Shown here in pieces: positions 26,204-38,782 of a stretch of DNA of 64,000 nucleotides. This stretch comes from Eledone cirrhosa (taxonomy: Eukaryota). The notes below the pieces were generated by a model. It saw nothing but the letters and a program-made list of their open reading frames with translations, was not told the origin of the DNA and searched no databases. The stretch's first letter is position 1. The number at the start of each line of letters is the position of its first letter. The position numbers were made by a program, and so were the translations under genes. The stretch is taken from assembly GCA_964016885.1 (NCBI GenBank), contig OZ024744.1:102424001-102488000 (forward strand). The letters run 5' to 3'.

Positions 26204-26422
26204 TTAAATATTTGTATCTTTAGTGTCAGAGTTGGGTACAATCTCAAGATTAGCCTCTGCCGATTTTTCAATTAAATGATTTTGAACTGTAGCCGATTCC
26301 TCCGGTGCTAAATCTGGTTCACAGTCGTAATCACACCGAGTGATTAGCGTCACTTTATTAAGATCCTCGTTGGGCCGCAACTGGTATGACTTTAGCATTG
26401 GACGTAGCAAGTATTCAATTCT
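26204..26422 (-). CDS. SLC6 transporter, last coding exon (cytoplasmic C-tail)
   Basis: TTTCAG acceptor at 26423. Phase 0, in frame with the previous exon: RIEYLLRPMLKSYQLRP...DTKDTNI-TAA (219 bp). Confidence 0.85.
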   Translation of the reverse strand, partial: RIEYLLRPMLKSYQLRPNEDLNKVTLITRCDYDCEPDLAPEESATVQNHLIEKSAEANLEIVPNSDTKDTNI

Positions 26423-26627
26423 CTGAAAGTGATAAAAAAAATTTTCTTAAAGATAATTTTGTTTTTTTAGTAAGCATTATTTGTAATTACCTTTTTAACC
26501 TAAACTACTTATCAACTGCGTAATTTCAAAATTTTAAAGGAAATAATAAAGATAAGTGATTCAATAAATTAAATAAGGTTTTCTTTATTAGGTTCATGGT
26601 CTTGACAGATCATTACAGTGAATTAAA

Positions 26628-26990
26628 TCATCATCATCATCATTTAACGTCCATCTTCCACGCTAGCATAGATAGGACGGGTTGTCCCTTTGTGGGGGAT
26701 CAGGTCAAAGGACTGTGATTCTCTCACACAGAACTGATTCTGGCTTGGTTTCTACAGCTGGATGCTCTTCCTAACGCCAATCACATTTACAGTGTGGGCT
26801 GGATGCTTTTTGTTGTGACACCTACATGACCAACTTTACAGTGTGGACTGGGCGCTTTTGTTATGACACCTACACGACCACTATAGATTGTGGACTGGGG
26901 TCTTTTGCCATGGCTCCAGGGTGGGATCACTTTATGGAGGATGTAAGGAATTTTGGAGGGATGGGAAGATGCATGGGGAAAGATAAAATT
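26628..26990 (-). mobile_element. RTE-tail / SINE element
   Basis: (CAT)n-TTAACGTCCATCTTCCACGCTAGCAT ... TTTACAGTGTGG.CTGG repeats. Confidence 0.75.
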
Positions 26991-27194
26991 GTGTGCAGTA
27001 TGATGTTAACATAATTATATATATAAGCCATGTGAAGGCATATGGCTTAGTGGTTAGAGCATTGGGCTTGCAATTGAAAGGTTGTGAGTTCAATTCTCGG
27101 ACTGGGTGATGTGTTGTTTCCTTGAGCAAGACACTTTATTTCACATTGCTCCAGTTTACTCAGCTGTAGAAATGAGATGATAGGGACTGGGGTC

Positions 27195-27655
27195 CCTATC
27201 ATTCCACTGCAAAAAAAAGCACCCAGCCCACACTGTAAAGTGGACGTGTAGGCTCCACGGAAAAAAAAAGTACCCAGAACACAGTAAAACAGGAAGGGAA
27301 TCCAGCTGTAGAAATCGAGCCAGAATCAGTTCCTGTATAAGCAAGACAAGGTCAGCCGACCGGACACTGCCCACAACAGGACAACACGTCTAACCCATTC
27401 TAGCGTGGAAGAACGGACGTAAAACAGTGATGATGATGATGATGAAGATATATATATATATATATATATATCATCACCACAGTTTAATGTCCATTTTTCC
27501 ACGCTAGCATGGGTTAGATGAGTTGTCTTGTGAGAAATGCCAGGCCAGGTGACCATGTCATGCTTATACAGAACTGATTTTGGCCTGGTTTCTACAGTTG
27601 AATGCCCTTTCTAAAACCAACATCATTAACAGTGTGGACTGGGTGCTTTTTACTG
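27195..27655. mobile_element. Two RTE-tail elements, tail to tail (+ 27195-27445, - 27470-27655), separated by (TA)n
   Basis: CAGCTGTAGAAATCGAGCCAGAATCAGTTC...CTAGCGTGGAAGAACGGACGTAAA, followed by its reverse complement TTTAATGTCCATTTTTCCACGCTAGCATGGG...GAACTGATTTTGGCCTGGTTTCTACAG. Confidence 0.8.
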
Positions 27656-28450
27656 ACGATGGAATAGGTAGTGTAGGTATTGTACTAGCTGAGAATGGAT
27701 AGATAAGGTGATAAAGGTAGTTAGAATAATGACAGAATTATCAAGCTTAGAATATCTGTAGGAAATAGAATGGTGAGAAACACATCTACCTATGCCCCAC
27801 AGGTAGGACTGAGTAAAGAACAAAAGAACAGGTTCTATGAGGAATTTTTACAGACAACCTCAGTTACTGATGAAAGAGACCTCATCATCTTGGCAGGTAA
27901 CCTCAATGGCCATGTTGGATTGTATCAGGATGGATTCAGTGGATACGGTGATAGTTAAAACAATGAAGAGAGAGTGAGGTTCCTCAAATTCTGTGATGCA
28001 AATGAACTAACCATTTGGAGCACTAACTTCAGGAAACTGGCCAGCAACCTGATCACTTATCAATCAGAAGAACACAAGATATACTGATTTCATACTATTT
28101 TAGAAAATTAGGTGGACAAATGGTTATAAGTATTAAAATCTTCCCTGGAGAAGAATGTACTGCCCAACATAAGTTAGTTATTACTGAGATTAGAATAAGC
28201 AGAAGACAGAACAGGATATGCAGGAAAATTTGGAGATGGAGCGTATGGAAGTTAAAGGACTTTCCTGTTAAGTATAGATTCAGGAAAGCTCTACGTGATG
28301 CAGAGGACAATTGGAAGTTTCTATGACAACCTACAGCAGGTTACTGATGAGACTTGGTATAGAACAGCAAAGACCAGTACTAAGTCACTAAAAGAGAAGC
28401 TAGGCGATAGGTATACATAGCATGCAAAGAAGCTGAAAGAAGGAGGTTTG
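27656..28450 (+). mobile_element. RTE endonuclease-region fragment
   Basis: YAPQVGLSKEQKNRFYEE, LAGNLNGHVG, FPGEECTAQHKLV. Confidence 0.8.
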
Positions 28451-28710
28451 ATGGATGTCCAAATTACAACTTTCCCCTCCTCCTTATACAAACTTTATTC
28501 CGAGCACCAACCAGTAACTACCAAAATAAAACCCCTAGTTCACTGCGAGGATCTTGTCTTTTTTTTTTTATAACTTCCATTATTCTCAACAAAACATTGA
28601 GTGCTCCTTTTTTTTTTTTTGATTGTACCCCTTTCACACCCACATGTGTGAGTGCTCATAATATAAATGAAGTAAAAATAAATAAATTAGCTACTTTATA
28701 AACAACTTAC

Positions 28711-28890
28711 TGTTTTCAATGATCCCTTTGTTTTATAGATGTTAATACACATTACAAGTGGAATAAATACAATTGAAGAGCATGCCATTGTCCATCCGAT
28801 TGATACAGCCCAGTGGGGGTAGTGATATTCAATCACTTTCCTTTTGTATGTCAGTTCAGAATAGCTGATAGTACTCAGGACAAAGACAAT
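28711..28890 (-). CDS. SLC6 transporter exon (end of TM11, EL6, TM12)
   Basis: AG/GT-bounded, 180 bp, phase 0/0: IVFVLSTISYSELTYKRKVIEYHYPHWAVSIGWTMACSSIVFIPLVMCINIYKTKGSLKT, carrying the Y.YP.W...IGW..A.SS...IP motif. Confidence 0.93.
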
Positions 28891-30360
28891 CTAAAATAAA
28901 ATAAAATATAATGAAATATGTATATTAATGATACAAAATGCTGAAGTATGTTATATATCTTTTTATTGTGGGACAGTGGGGAACTAATGTGGTATATTGT
29001 TATTGCCTGTTACAAATAAAAACAATTACTTCCTTTATGTAAAGTAATAAAATCACCCACTATTTAAATTAAAATCTTCCAACATAATTTGTTATAAGAC
29101 CAATTTGTTAAGATGTGTGTGCACTAGTTCAGCTTGATTACCACTGAAACATAAATTACTGTATTTCCTGTCATCGAAGATGCTTTGCCCTCGAGGACAC
29201 AACCTTTTTGAAAACCCAAAATTTGAAAAACACTGAAAAACATAAAAATAAGATCCTACCCGGCACTTCAGGTCTTGTTGCCTATTTTTAAATGATATTT
29301 TGTTTATTTACTGCTATAACTAAGTATAATTTATACACTTCATTGAGATGTCATATACATGAGTTCAGATTACTGCCTGCAGAGATAATTTTCCTCTGGA
29401 GTTAGGATACGTTAATGAGAAATGCAACCATCATCCTCTAGGATGCATGGTAGATTTTTGAGAATTATTTTAGGAAAGAAATAGTGTTCCTGATGTCGGG
29501 AAATAAGGTAAATAGAAAGGTGCTGGATGCTTTGGCATATTTTAAGTCCATGCTGAAGAACATTTAGAATGCTAAGTGTAAGAATGAAAAGTCAGTTTTC
29601 ATATCTATATTTAATGTGATTGGAAGTATATTATGACAAGTTACTGTATTTACTTGAATATAAGTCGAGGAAAGACGTAACCATAATTGATGGTAGAATT
29701 AGGGAGGGGGAGAGGGGTGGAGGCTTATATTTGGGGTCAATATTTTACTGATTTTCACCAACTTCAAATTGTAGTTTTTGGTGGTGTGGTGGAGGGTTTT
29801 GGTGATGTTATGGGTGAAATAAAACCACCCATTTAAATTGAAATCTTCCAACATAATTTTATATAAGAACCTTACATTACATTACTATCTTAGCAATGAA
29901 ATAATTAATAATTTTAGTAAATCCCTCAGAATTCTTCATTAATTAATTAAAATAGTGTATTCATTAGAAATGAGGTTATGAAAGGGTTAAATGTATTTAT
30001 GTATGTGATAAAACTGTATTTAAATAATTTACTGAATAATATAAATAAAATATTTGGTTGGTTGCAACATCAAAAAACATAAAATAATGACTATGCTGCA
30101 GATTAAGCAATTTAGAAAACAAAAACAAATGTAATATTTTTTAATACAGAATATTTAAAGTGGAAAATATAGCGATATTAACATATTAATCAATTAAGTT
30201 CCTTGTCCATCATGGCATTTCAGTGGGCCTTGGAAATAAATGTTTGGTGGTACCTATCTCCTCTTATCAAGAACAGATGAATATTTAAAAAAAAAAAAAC
30301 ATTATTTAATAAACGTGAAATTACTATTAAAAAAAAAAAAAAATTGTAAAACATATTTAC

Positions 30361-30461
30361 CAGTGTAAACGCTGGTGTCAGGTACATCCAACAGTATTTC
30401 ATCCAACTACTTAACCGGAATCCATACATCATTTCTAGATTGTCATAGAACCGGTCTACCC
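30361..30461 (-). CDS. SLC6 transporter exon (IL5-TM11)
   Basis: TTTCAG/GTAAAT-bounded, 101 bp, phase 1/0: (G)VDRFYDNLEMMYGFRLSSWMKYCWMYLTPAFTL. Confidence 0.93.
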
Positions 30462-32199
30462 CTGAAAGATTTAAATATAAATGCTATTTATCATAGTAAT
30501 GATGCCATTTCTAAGGATATTTGGGACAATTTGTCAACAATTTTTGAAATGAGCTTTCAAATGGACCATGTAAAGCTAGGGGGTACTATAATGATAGTAT
30601 TGGCTAATATGTAATAACAAAAAATACACAAGAATTCTTCTTCAATGTTCAATCACATTGAATTGAAGTTGTTATAGATAGGAAAAAAATAATAATGTAT
30701 TTTGATTTTGTCATGAATTTCCTTAGGTCATTTAATGCCTTTCTTTTACATAAGGTTACTGGTGATGAATCCTATACACAAACACATTCTTTAGCTAGCT
30801 TTAGTCATGATGCTAAAAACATAAGGCAGTAGAGAACTGCTTATTACACACACATGGCTGTCTGTCTCTTGTGTGTATGTATGAGAATGTATATAGATAT
30901 ATATATGTGTGTGTGTGTGTATGTGTGAGAATGTATATAGATATATGTGTGTGTGTGTGTGTGTATATGAAAATGAGAAGTGTTGATGTAATTTATTTAT
31001 TTCCATTTCTTTCCTAACCCCAGCAGCTGCACTTTCATGTGTATACCAAAACCAGTCGACCACAGCTAACTTTTCAGTGGCATGAAAGATAATTAGCCCA
31101 ATGGACACTAATAGCTAATTTATTGCAGGTAACTTTCCTAACTTATAAAAAAAAAAAGCCCATCCCCAAACACTAAATTTTGTAATGTTTACAGCAACGA
31201 ATCATATCATTTTGTGGTATATACTTCTCCCATGAAGGTTTAAGTTAATGAAATAGATGAAAGTGTGTTCATAAATATCTGAACATACATAATTTGGAGA
31301 GACAGGCTCTACCAAATTGAAAAATCTAGAGTGGTGGTGCATCTACTAACTAATAATGGGTTATGAGACTCACCATGTATATGTTGTATGAATGAGTGTA
31401 TACATGCGTCTGAATAGATACAGGCATATAATATGTATATATACTTACACAAACACGCACACACATTCATTAAGTATCAATTCACGCACACACACGTTTG
31501 CATGCATGTGTGTGTGTGTGTGTGCGTGTGTGTGTGTACATATAAAATATTTATTTAAATAAATAAAGGCTTTTATGTTCCAATTATTAGCTCATTTCAA
31601 TCACACAAAATTTCAAACACTTACTAAACATTTTTTCTCAATTTAACAGCAAAAGGGTCTATTCAAGCAAAACAGTCTGAAGATCCAGTCCCAGGAGGGC
31701 TTTACCCAAAACTTCATATACCACCATTCACTTAGCATGCAGCTTATAAGCATTATATTAGAAGACATTATACATTTCACCAACAGTTTAAGACTTTCAG
31801 AAACAAATGTTTGACAATTAAATTAGAAACTGCATACTTTTAGAAAGACATATAAGCAGACACACACACAAACACACACAATTTCATACAGACATACACA
31901 CATAAAAGTATTTAAAAAAAAAAAAAAAACCAACTTATTAAATGTCTGAAAGAATAACAAATATGAAATAAATTTAAGGATAATATATAAGAATGTAAAT
32001 TACATAAAACTTTGTACGGATGTGGAATCATTGTGTGAACCAACAGACATACAAGTTTATTAACATGCAATTTCTATAAATTTCCTTGCTCACAGTATGC
32101 AGCTTATGTATGTGTATGTGTGTATGAAAATGTCTATTTTATATAACTACTTATATAAACCCAAACACATATATACACATACAGTTACATCCCTGCAAT

Positions 32200-32265
32200 T
32201 GTATGCATGGAAATATAAATATGTATGCCTATATATGTATGCATATACATGTAGTATATATATAT

Positions 32266-32315
<50 letters not shown>

Positions 32316-32402
32316 GTGTTTGTGTGTGTGTGTATATATATAATATATACATGTGTATAGGTGTGTATACATACATGCATATATATATATATGCATACAC
32401 AC

Positions 32403-32493
<91 letters not shown>

Positions 32494-32570
32494 TCAACAA
32501 GTTATGGATCAGTTCCTTTCTCTTTATACACATATACATGGAGACATACACACATACACACACACATCCA
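32200..32570. repeat. (TA)n/(CA)n microsatellite cluster; similar tracts at 33120-33300, 44160-44230, 48180-48260 and 57285-57360
   Basis: Direct inspection. Confidence 0.9.
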
Positions 32571-32833
32571 TATGAGTAATTAAGGGTGATAATATATTTT
32601 CTGAAATATTTGCTAAAAGCAATTATATGATAAACATTACTACTTTTCCTTCTTATAATAATATAGTATCTGATTAGTTATAATGAAATTGATTAAAACT
32701 TATGTATTGGTGGATGAGTAGATGTAGGCAGTTGTAGCTAATGGTATAGGAGTAAAATACAAATAATAATAAATAAAGACCATCTGAAACTGGACTTCAG
32801 GCTGTTTGTTTTCTCTCAAATATGTAGACATAC

Positions 32834-32933
32834 CGTAGATATAAGCAACCACGACGCATTCGAAGAAAGCCACAAGAAGAACTATCCGGCTGGCCGGGTA
32901 GTAGTCGAACAACTGAAAGACATACATACCGCC
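32834..32933 (-). CDS. SLC6 transporter exon (EL5-TM10)
   Basis: TAG/GTATG-bounded, 100 bp, phase 0/1: [33 protein letters not shown](G). Confidence 0.95.
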
Positions 32934-33138
32934 CTACGAAAGGACGGTGATACATTTAGAAGATTTTGCATATATGATTTCAGCCTGCTCCATACTAACC
33001 AGTATGGGGGCAGAAATGAATTAGTTAGTTTACCTGGCTGTGCAGTGGAGAGCACTTGAAAACAAGAAAATATTGCAGAGCTGGTGAATTGCTGACACCT
33101 TTTTGCTTAGAGTGAAAGAGTTCATATATATATATATA

Positions 33139-33175
<37 letters not shown>

Positions 33176-33187
33176 TATATATTATAT

Positions 33188-33230
<43 letters not shown>

Positions 33231-35544
33231 ATGCATATATGTGTGCGTGTCTGTTATATATATATATGTATATATATATAATATATAAATATATATATAC
33301 ACTTTATTATAAAAAAAAAAAACAAAAAAAAACATAAATGGTATCAGTTTTATGTAAAATAAATTAAAAGAGATGTGAAAAAGGTGGGAGGAGATATGAT
33401 GTGTAGATCTGTGAGGCGAGAATATTTTATATGAATAATTTAATGAGAAGTTTGTTGTATGAATGGAAAAATAAAGCAGTTTTCATCACATCCATTCACA
33501 CAGACACAATCATTTACACAGTTTAATATCTGTTAGTGTCAAGCATGATTCAGATGAGTATCAACATTGTTGTTGCTAAGTGTCAGTAAATACAGTAATT
33601 TATTTGCACTTAGGTCTTCAGCTTTCTATTTTAATGATTTGCAACTACTTATGAAAATGTTCACAGGGAGACAAAGCATGATTTACCAAAAAATGGTTAA
33701 GATTTGTAGTAATATTGTTTCTTTTTCATATATCTGGTGTAGTGTGGTAGGTTTAAATTTTTGGGGGAGGGTTTTACACCTATCTGTATAAATGTACAGT
33801 TGTTGATGCATATATGCATATGAAACAGCATTATTGTGCAAATAGTTGATAAAATTACTTTTATAGTTCTCTTTATTGAAAGATCATTAGATAATTAAAC
33901 TAATTAATTAGAAATACAAGATGTAAGTATGTAATAAACACACATTATATCTCTATTGCTTCCTCTACAAATGCACTCTTGTCAAAAACACAATTATAGT
34001 TAATATTCAGTATTTTAAAATGAATAGCTCACAATCATTATTTCTATTTTTGCTAGAACAGTGATAATTACAACCTCTCTGACAATAAAACAGGCTTACT
34101 GTACCAAATACTTTTTGGTTTTATCGAACATTTAGGTATGTATAAAATATTGATTAATACAAATACCACTAAGATACATTAAATTTAGCAATTAAGTAGT
34201 ATTTTGTTAATCAGAAAATATGTTTTAAGTTAGAATAAATTAATATTAATTAGATTTCTAGGATAAAAATATTAAAGTAATCCTTACTTGAATGTGATTA
34301 GGAAAGAAAATATCTTTAATGTTATCAAAGATATTATTACTTAAAATTTTAATGTTAATAATTAATTGAAGCCAGCTAGTTTAAGATAAAATATTTATCC
34401 AGATACATTACGAAAACTGGCACAAAAATTACTATTTTTATAAAATGTGAATGAAATATTGCAACATATAATTGTAATACTAGTGTAATACATAAAACAA
34501 ACACATTACTTAATATTTCTATGAATGCTCTATTATATAACATCAACTTTTAAATACTGAAGTCATCACCTTATCAAAGAAACATATCTATCTGCCTAAC
34601 AAACATTACCTATCCAGCTATCAAAAACCACACAAGTAAAGACTATATTTATTAACCCACTAAGCACCATACCTATCCACTTTAACACAGTAAATAATGT
34701 ATCATATATGAGCTAACAAGGGAGCTTTTACATAATCAATCAATATGCACAATGTAGCTGTCAAATTTCTCTACAATTTCAACAATGTAGCTGTCAAATT
34801 TCTCTATAATTCCAAAAATGGAGACCAAGCTTCAAGTCCTAAATCTAAGCAGGACAGCATATTCATAAAAATGGTATGACCACTATAAGAACATCAACAG
34901 AATAATTCCTCAACAAGCTACCTCCATGTCATAGGTATTTTCAAACAGAACTGACTTGGGCTACTCAATAACAACATTATACAGTAGTTCACACATAAAC
35001 ACCTTATACATACATGGTCATGTGATAAATGTAACAACAATTTTTTGAAAAATATTTTAGACAAGAATTCTATCCAAACGAAAAGATACACACATTCAAT
35101 ATGCTTTAGTCATCATTATTAACCAATTATTACATTAGCACATTTAATTCCTGTGCGGTTATAGTTCCAATTAGAAAACACCAAGTTTAGAAAAGATATA
35201 CTTTATTAATTCGTAGGAATGGAGAAAAAGCTAAAGCATCACCACTATAAATATCAAAATTAATTGTAAATGTAAAATATATCTCAGCTGTTCTTTTTAA
35301 ATGTAGTGTGTTGTCAGCAGTTCTTTATATAATAATAGATAGTAGATGATTTGAGATGAAGGAAAACTTTAATGAAAAGTCCAGCAAACTAGAAAATAGA
35401 ATAATGAAAAAGGTAAATCTAAAAATAACACAGAATGTTGTAAGATTTTTTATAATGTAATCAGTAGTAACACGAGCAAACTGTTGACTTAGTTAATGTC
35501 TTGTGATTGGTAGAATAGTATAAATAAATTCTATTTAATTTCTA

Positions 35545-36212
35545 ACAAAAAATATCTAAAAACAGGTTTGTTCGTTCAAATGTTTATAGTATCTTTGCAA
35601 GTGGACAGATTGTTGTGAACATTTGTAGTATTAGAATAAATACTTTTTATAAAAATATGATAGTCATAGTACTGTTTTGTACTTTTCAAGAATGTCTTGT
35701 TAATGTGGTTTCATGTGGTACAGGATGTTAACAGTTAATGTGATACAGTCATAATATTGTTTTGTACTTTTCAAGAATGTCTTGTTAATGTGGTTTCATG
35801 TGGTACAGGATGTTAACAGTTAATGTGATACAGTCATAATATTGTTTTGTACTTTTCAAGAATGTCTTGTTAATGTGGTTTCATGTGGTACAGGATATTA
35901 TGAGTTAATGAATCAATTAAAAACTGTTTCAATTTCAATCGGGAAGAAATCAATAGTGATCAACTTATAATTTTTTTTAATTAAAGCATTTTAAAAATGT
36001 AATTCATTAATACAAATACCTTCTCTTAACTCTCAACATCCTGTACCACACGAATCTAGAGCAGCAAGACATTCTTGAAAAGTACAAAACACTGACTGCT
36101 TCTCATTAAAAAGATTACTTTTTACTGAATTACTGCACATTTTCATAAATATCTGTCCACTAATTAAGGCAATAGAAACATTTGAATCAACACACATGTT
36201 TTTAGATATATT
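35545..36212. repeat. Long diverged inverted repeat (foldback/MITE-like) with an 85-bp x3 tandem in its left arm
   Basis: ATATCTAAAAACA..TTCAAATGTTT..AGTGGACAGAT..GTTTTGTACTTTTCAAGAATGTCTTG..GTGGTACAGGATG is mirrored at 36030-36212. Tandem period 85 at 35674, 35759 and 35844. Confidence 0.8.
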
Positions 36213-37377
36213 CTACTACAAATCTAAGTGTCAAATTTTTGTTGAATCTGTTTGATTTAATAATTACTAATATGCTACCAGAAATGTCCATTCTATTAAA
36301 ACTAAAAAAAAAAAAACCCTTTTCATGAAACAATAAAATAGTAAAGAAACAAACTATTTGTACCAAAAATCATCGAAGGAAACCCAGACTTGTCCACAAT
36401 TCTAGGATTACAAAAATCTTTAATAATTCCCCAGATTTAGTAAATAGGTAGAAAGCTGTACCTTCTTTTACTGATACCAGAAAGTTGTAAAATGGCATAG
36501 ACACATGATTTAATTATTTTAATTAATTCTATTTAGAATATGAGTCCTTTATTTTAAGGCTTATATTTGAATAATTAATGGAGATATTATAGTACCTTAA
36601 GAGTCTCAATCAAGACAAAAAAGTAACTCTTAAAAGTAACCAGCAATTAATTCTACACATTAGGTTTTCTTGAATTTCATTAATATGAAATAATAAATAT
36701 TATCATAAGAAATGGTAGAAATGACTATGTAGAGAAAATGTTAAAAACCTTTTGAATCTCGTCCCCTATAGCCACAAAATTGATAATGGATTGTTTTAAT
36801 ACTGCTGCATTGCTTGCTGTATATGAACATGCACATACATGCATAATACACAATTACATATTTGGAGGATATGATCCCCCTCTTCAATTTATTTGATTAA
36901 ATTATCTGTTTTTAGTGCACTGTGGTGTCTTTGTAAGAAATATTTCGACTGGAGGCCATAGATAACCTTAAAGTTCATCTAAATAATGTGCAGTTTGAAA
37001 TGTTGACTAGATGTTGGGGAAAGTCATTTGTAGGGCCAGATTTGAAAGGAAGATAAGAATTGGACAGAGGGTTAGATAGAATAGAGAGGGGAACTTGGAA
37101 TAGCATTTAAAGAACACAGAGTTGTGTTAGTGTTGCTGAGAGAAGATTTCAGTATGACTGGCTTTTTCCATATTGCATATAGAATCTGAAGCTATACATC
37201 AAGTTATGAACGTAATAGAAAAAGTTGATGAAATTTGTGATGAATAGAAAAGGACTGGAGAAAATGAAGTTTAGCTTTGTACTGTGATTTATAGTCATCC
37301 TGCTCTTCGCACCACAAACACTCCATATATATTATATATATATAAAAATAGCTCAAATATGGACACCTGACTGAATA

Positions 37378-37805
37378 TCTATATTTATAAAACTGAGGAT
37401 GTGTCTCTGTGTGAGTTTGAATCCCTAAAACTCGAGAACCACCCAACCGACTCTTTTCAAATTCTACACATGTAATACTTATGTTTCAGGGAGTGTTCTG
37501 AGCAAAACAAATTTCAAATTTTCAATGCCCTAGAGACCGCATTAAGCGATCTCTCTCTATAATTCTTAGTCTTTCTCTTTTTAGATAGATACATACATAT
37601 AACGTCGTGCCCTTATAATATCTGTCTGTATGTCTGCATTACGTCACTTCCCTGAGGATGTCTGTCTGTGAGTTTGAATCCCTAAAACTCGAGAAGTACC
37701 CAACTGACTTTTTTCAAACTTTACATATGTATTACTTATATTTCAGGGAGTGTTATGCACATAAAAATATTCAACTTTTTGATCCCCCTAGGGCCCGCAT
37801 TAGGT
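37378..37805 (+). mobile_element. Helitron-like 5'-end fragments (two tandem copies), related to 14081-14500
   Basis: TCTATATTTATAAAACTGAGGATGT...TCCCTAAAACTCGAGAA..CCCAAC.GAC at 37378 and about 37653. Confidence 0.55.
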
Positions 37806-38139
37806 AAAAAACTGCGTTTTTTTCAGGGTTTTTTATACTCGATATAGATCAATTGTTTATCTATATCCTGGTATTCAATATTTATTATTAATAAACATAT
37901 AAAACTGACACCAATATCTCTTTGTAGTAATAAAGAATATCACAAGGAAACTAGTGTTGCTTTCAATACAAAAAATCAACTGAATAAAGTTGACAAAATG
38001 GAATCAATTTGTGTGCTAAACTCATTCCTCAGTAATGAGACAGTTTACTTATCACCTTCTCTAATGAAATCATTGTGCAACATTTAATACTATACTACTT
38101 CCCTGTACTTTATTTCTTTTGACTGAATAAAAGCACATT

Positions 38140-38782
38140 GTAGCAATAAAACGCTGATATGTCATTGTAGCAATAAGAGTTGATATTGTAGCTATAACAG
38201 TCATTATAGCTATAACAGTTATTGTAGCTACAACAGTTGATATGTCATTGTAGTTATAACAGTTGATATAACAGTTATTGAAGCTATAACAGTTGATATA
38301 ACAGTCATTGTAGCAATAACAGTTGATAGAACAGTCATTGTAGCAATAACAGTTGATATGTCATTTTAGCAATAAAAGTTGATATAACAGTCATTGTAGA
38401 ATAACAGTTGAATTGTCATTATAGCTATAACAGTTGATATAACAGTCAGTCATTGTAGCAATAACAGTTGATAGAACAGTCATTATAGCTATAACAGTTG
38501 ATATGTTATTTTAACAATAACAGTTGATATAACAGTCATTGTAGCTATAACAGTTGATATAACAGTCATTGTAGCAATAACAGTTGATAGAACAGTCATT
38601 GTAGCAATAACAGTTGATATGTCATTGTAGCAATAACAGTTGATATAACAGTCATTGTAGCAATAACAGTTGATATGTCATTTTAGCAATAACAGTTGAT
38701 AGAACAGTCATTGTAGTAATAACAGTTGATAGAACAGTCATTATAGCTATAACAGTTGATAGAACAGTCATTGTAGTAATGA
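38140..38782. repeat. ~24-30-bp minisatellite (AACAGTTGATA.AACAGTCATTGTAGCAAT), left part
   Basis: Direct inspection; it continues at 42694-42890 after a LINE insertion. Confidence 0.92.

Noticed and set aside
29040-29870. Short repeated motif (29050, 29821) and TACTGTATTT starts resembling pogo/Tigger ends
   Set aside because: Too degenerate to define termini or a TSD by eye.
34749-34812. ~33-bp tandem duplication
   Set aside because: A simple two-copy duplication with no further structure.
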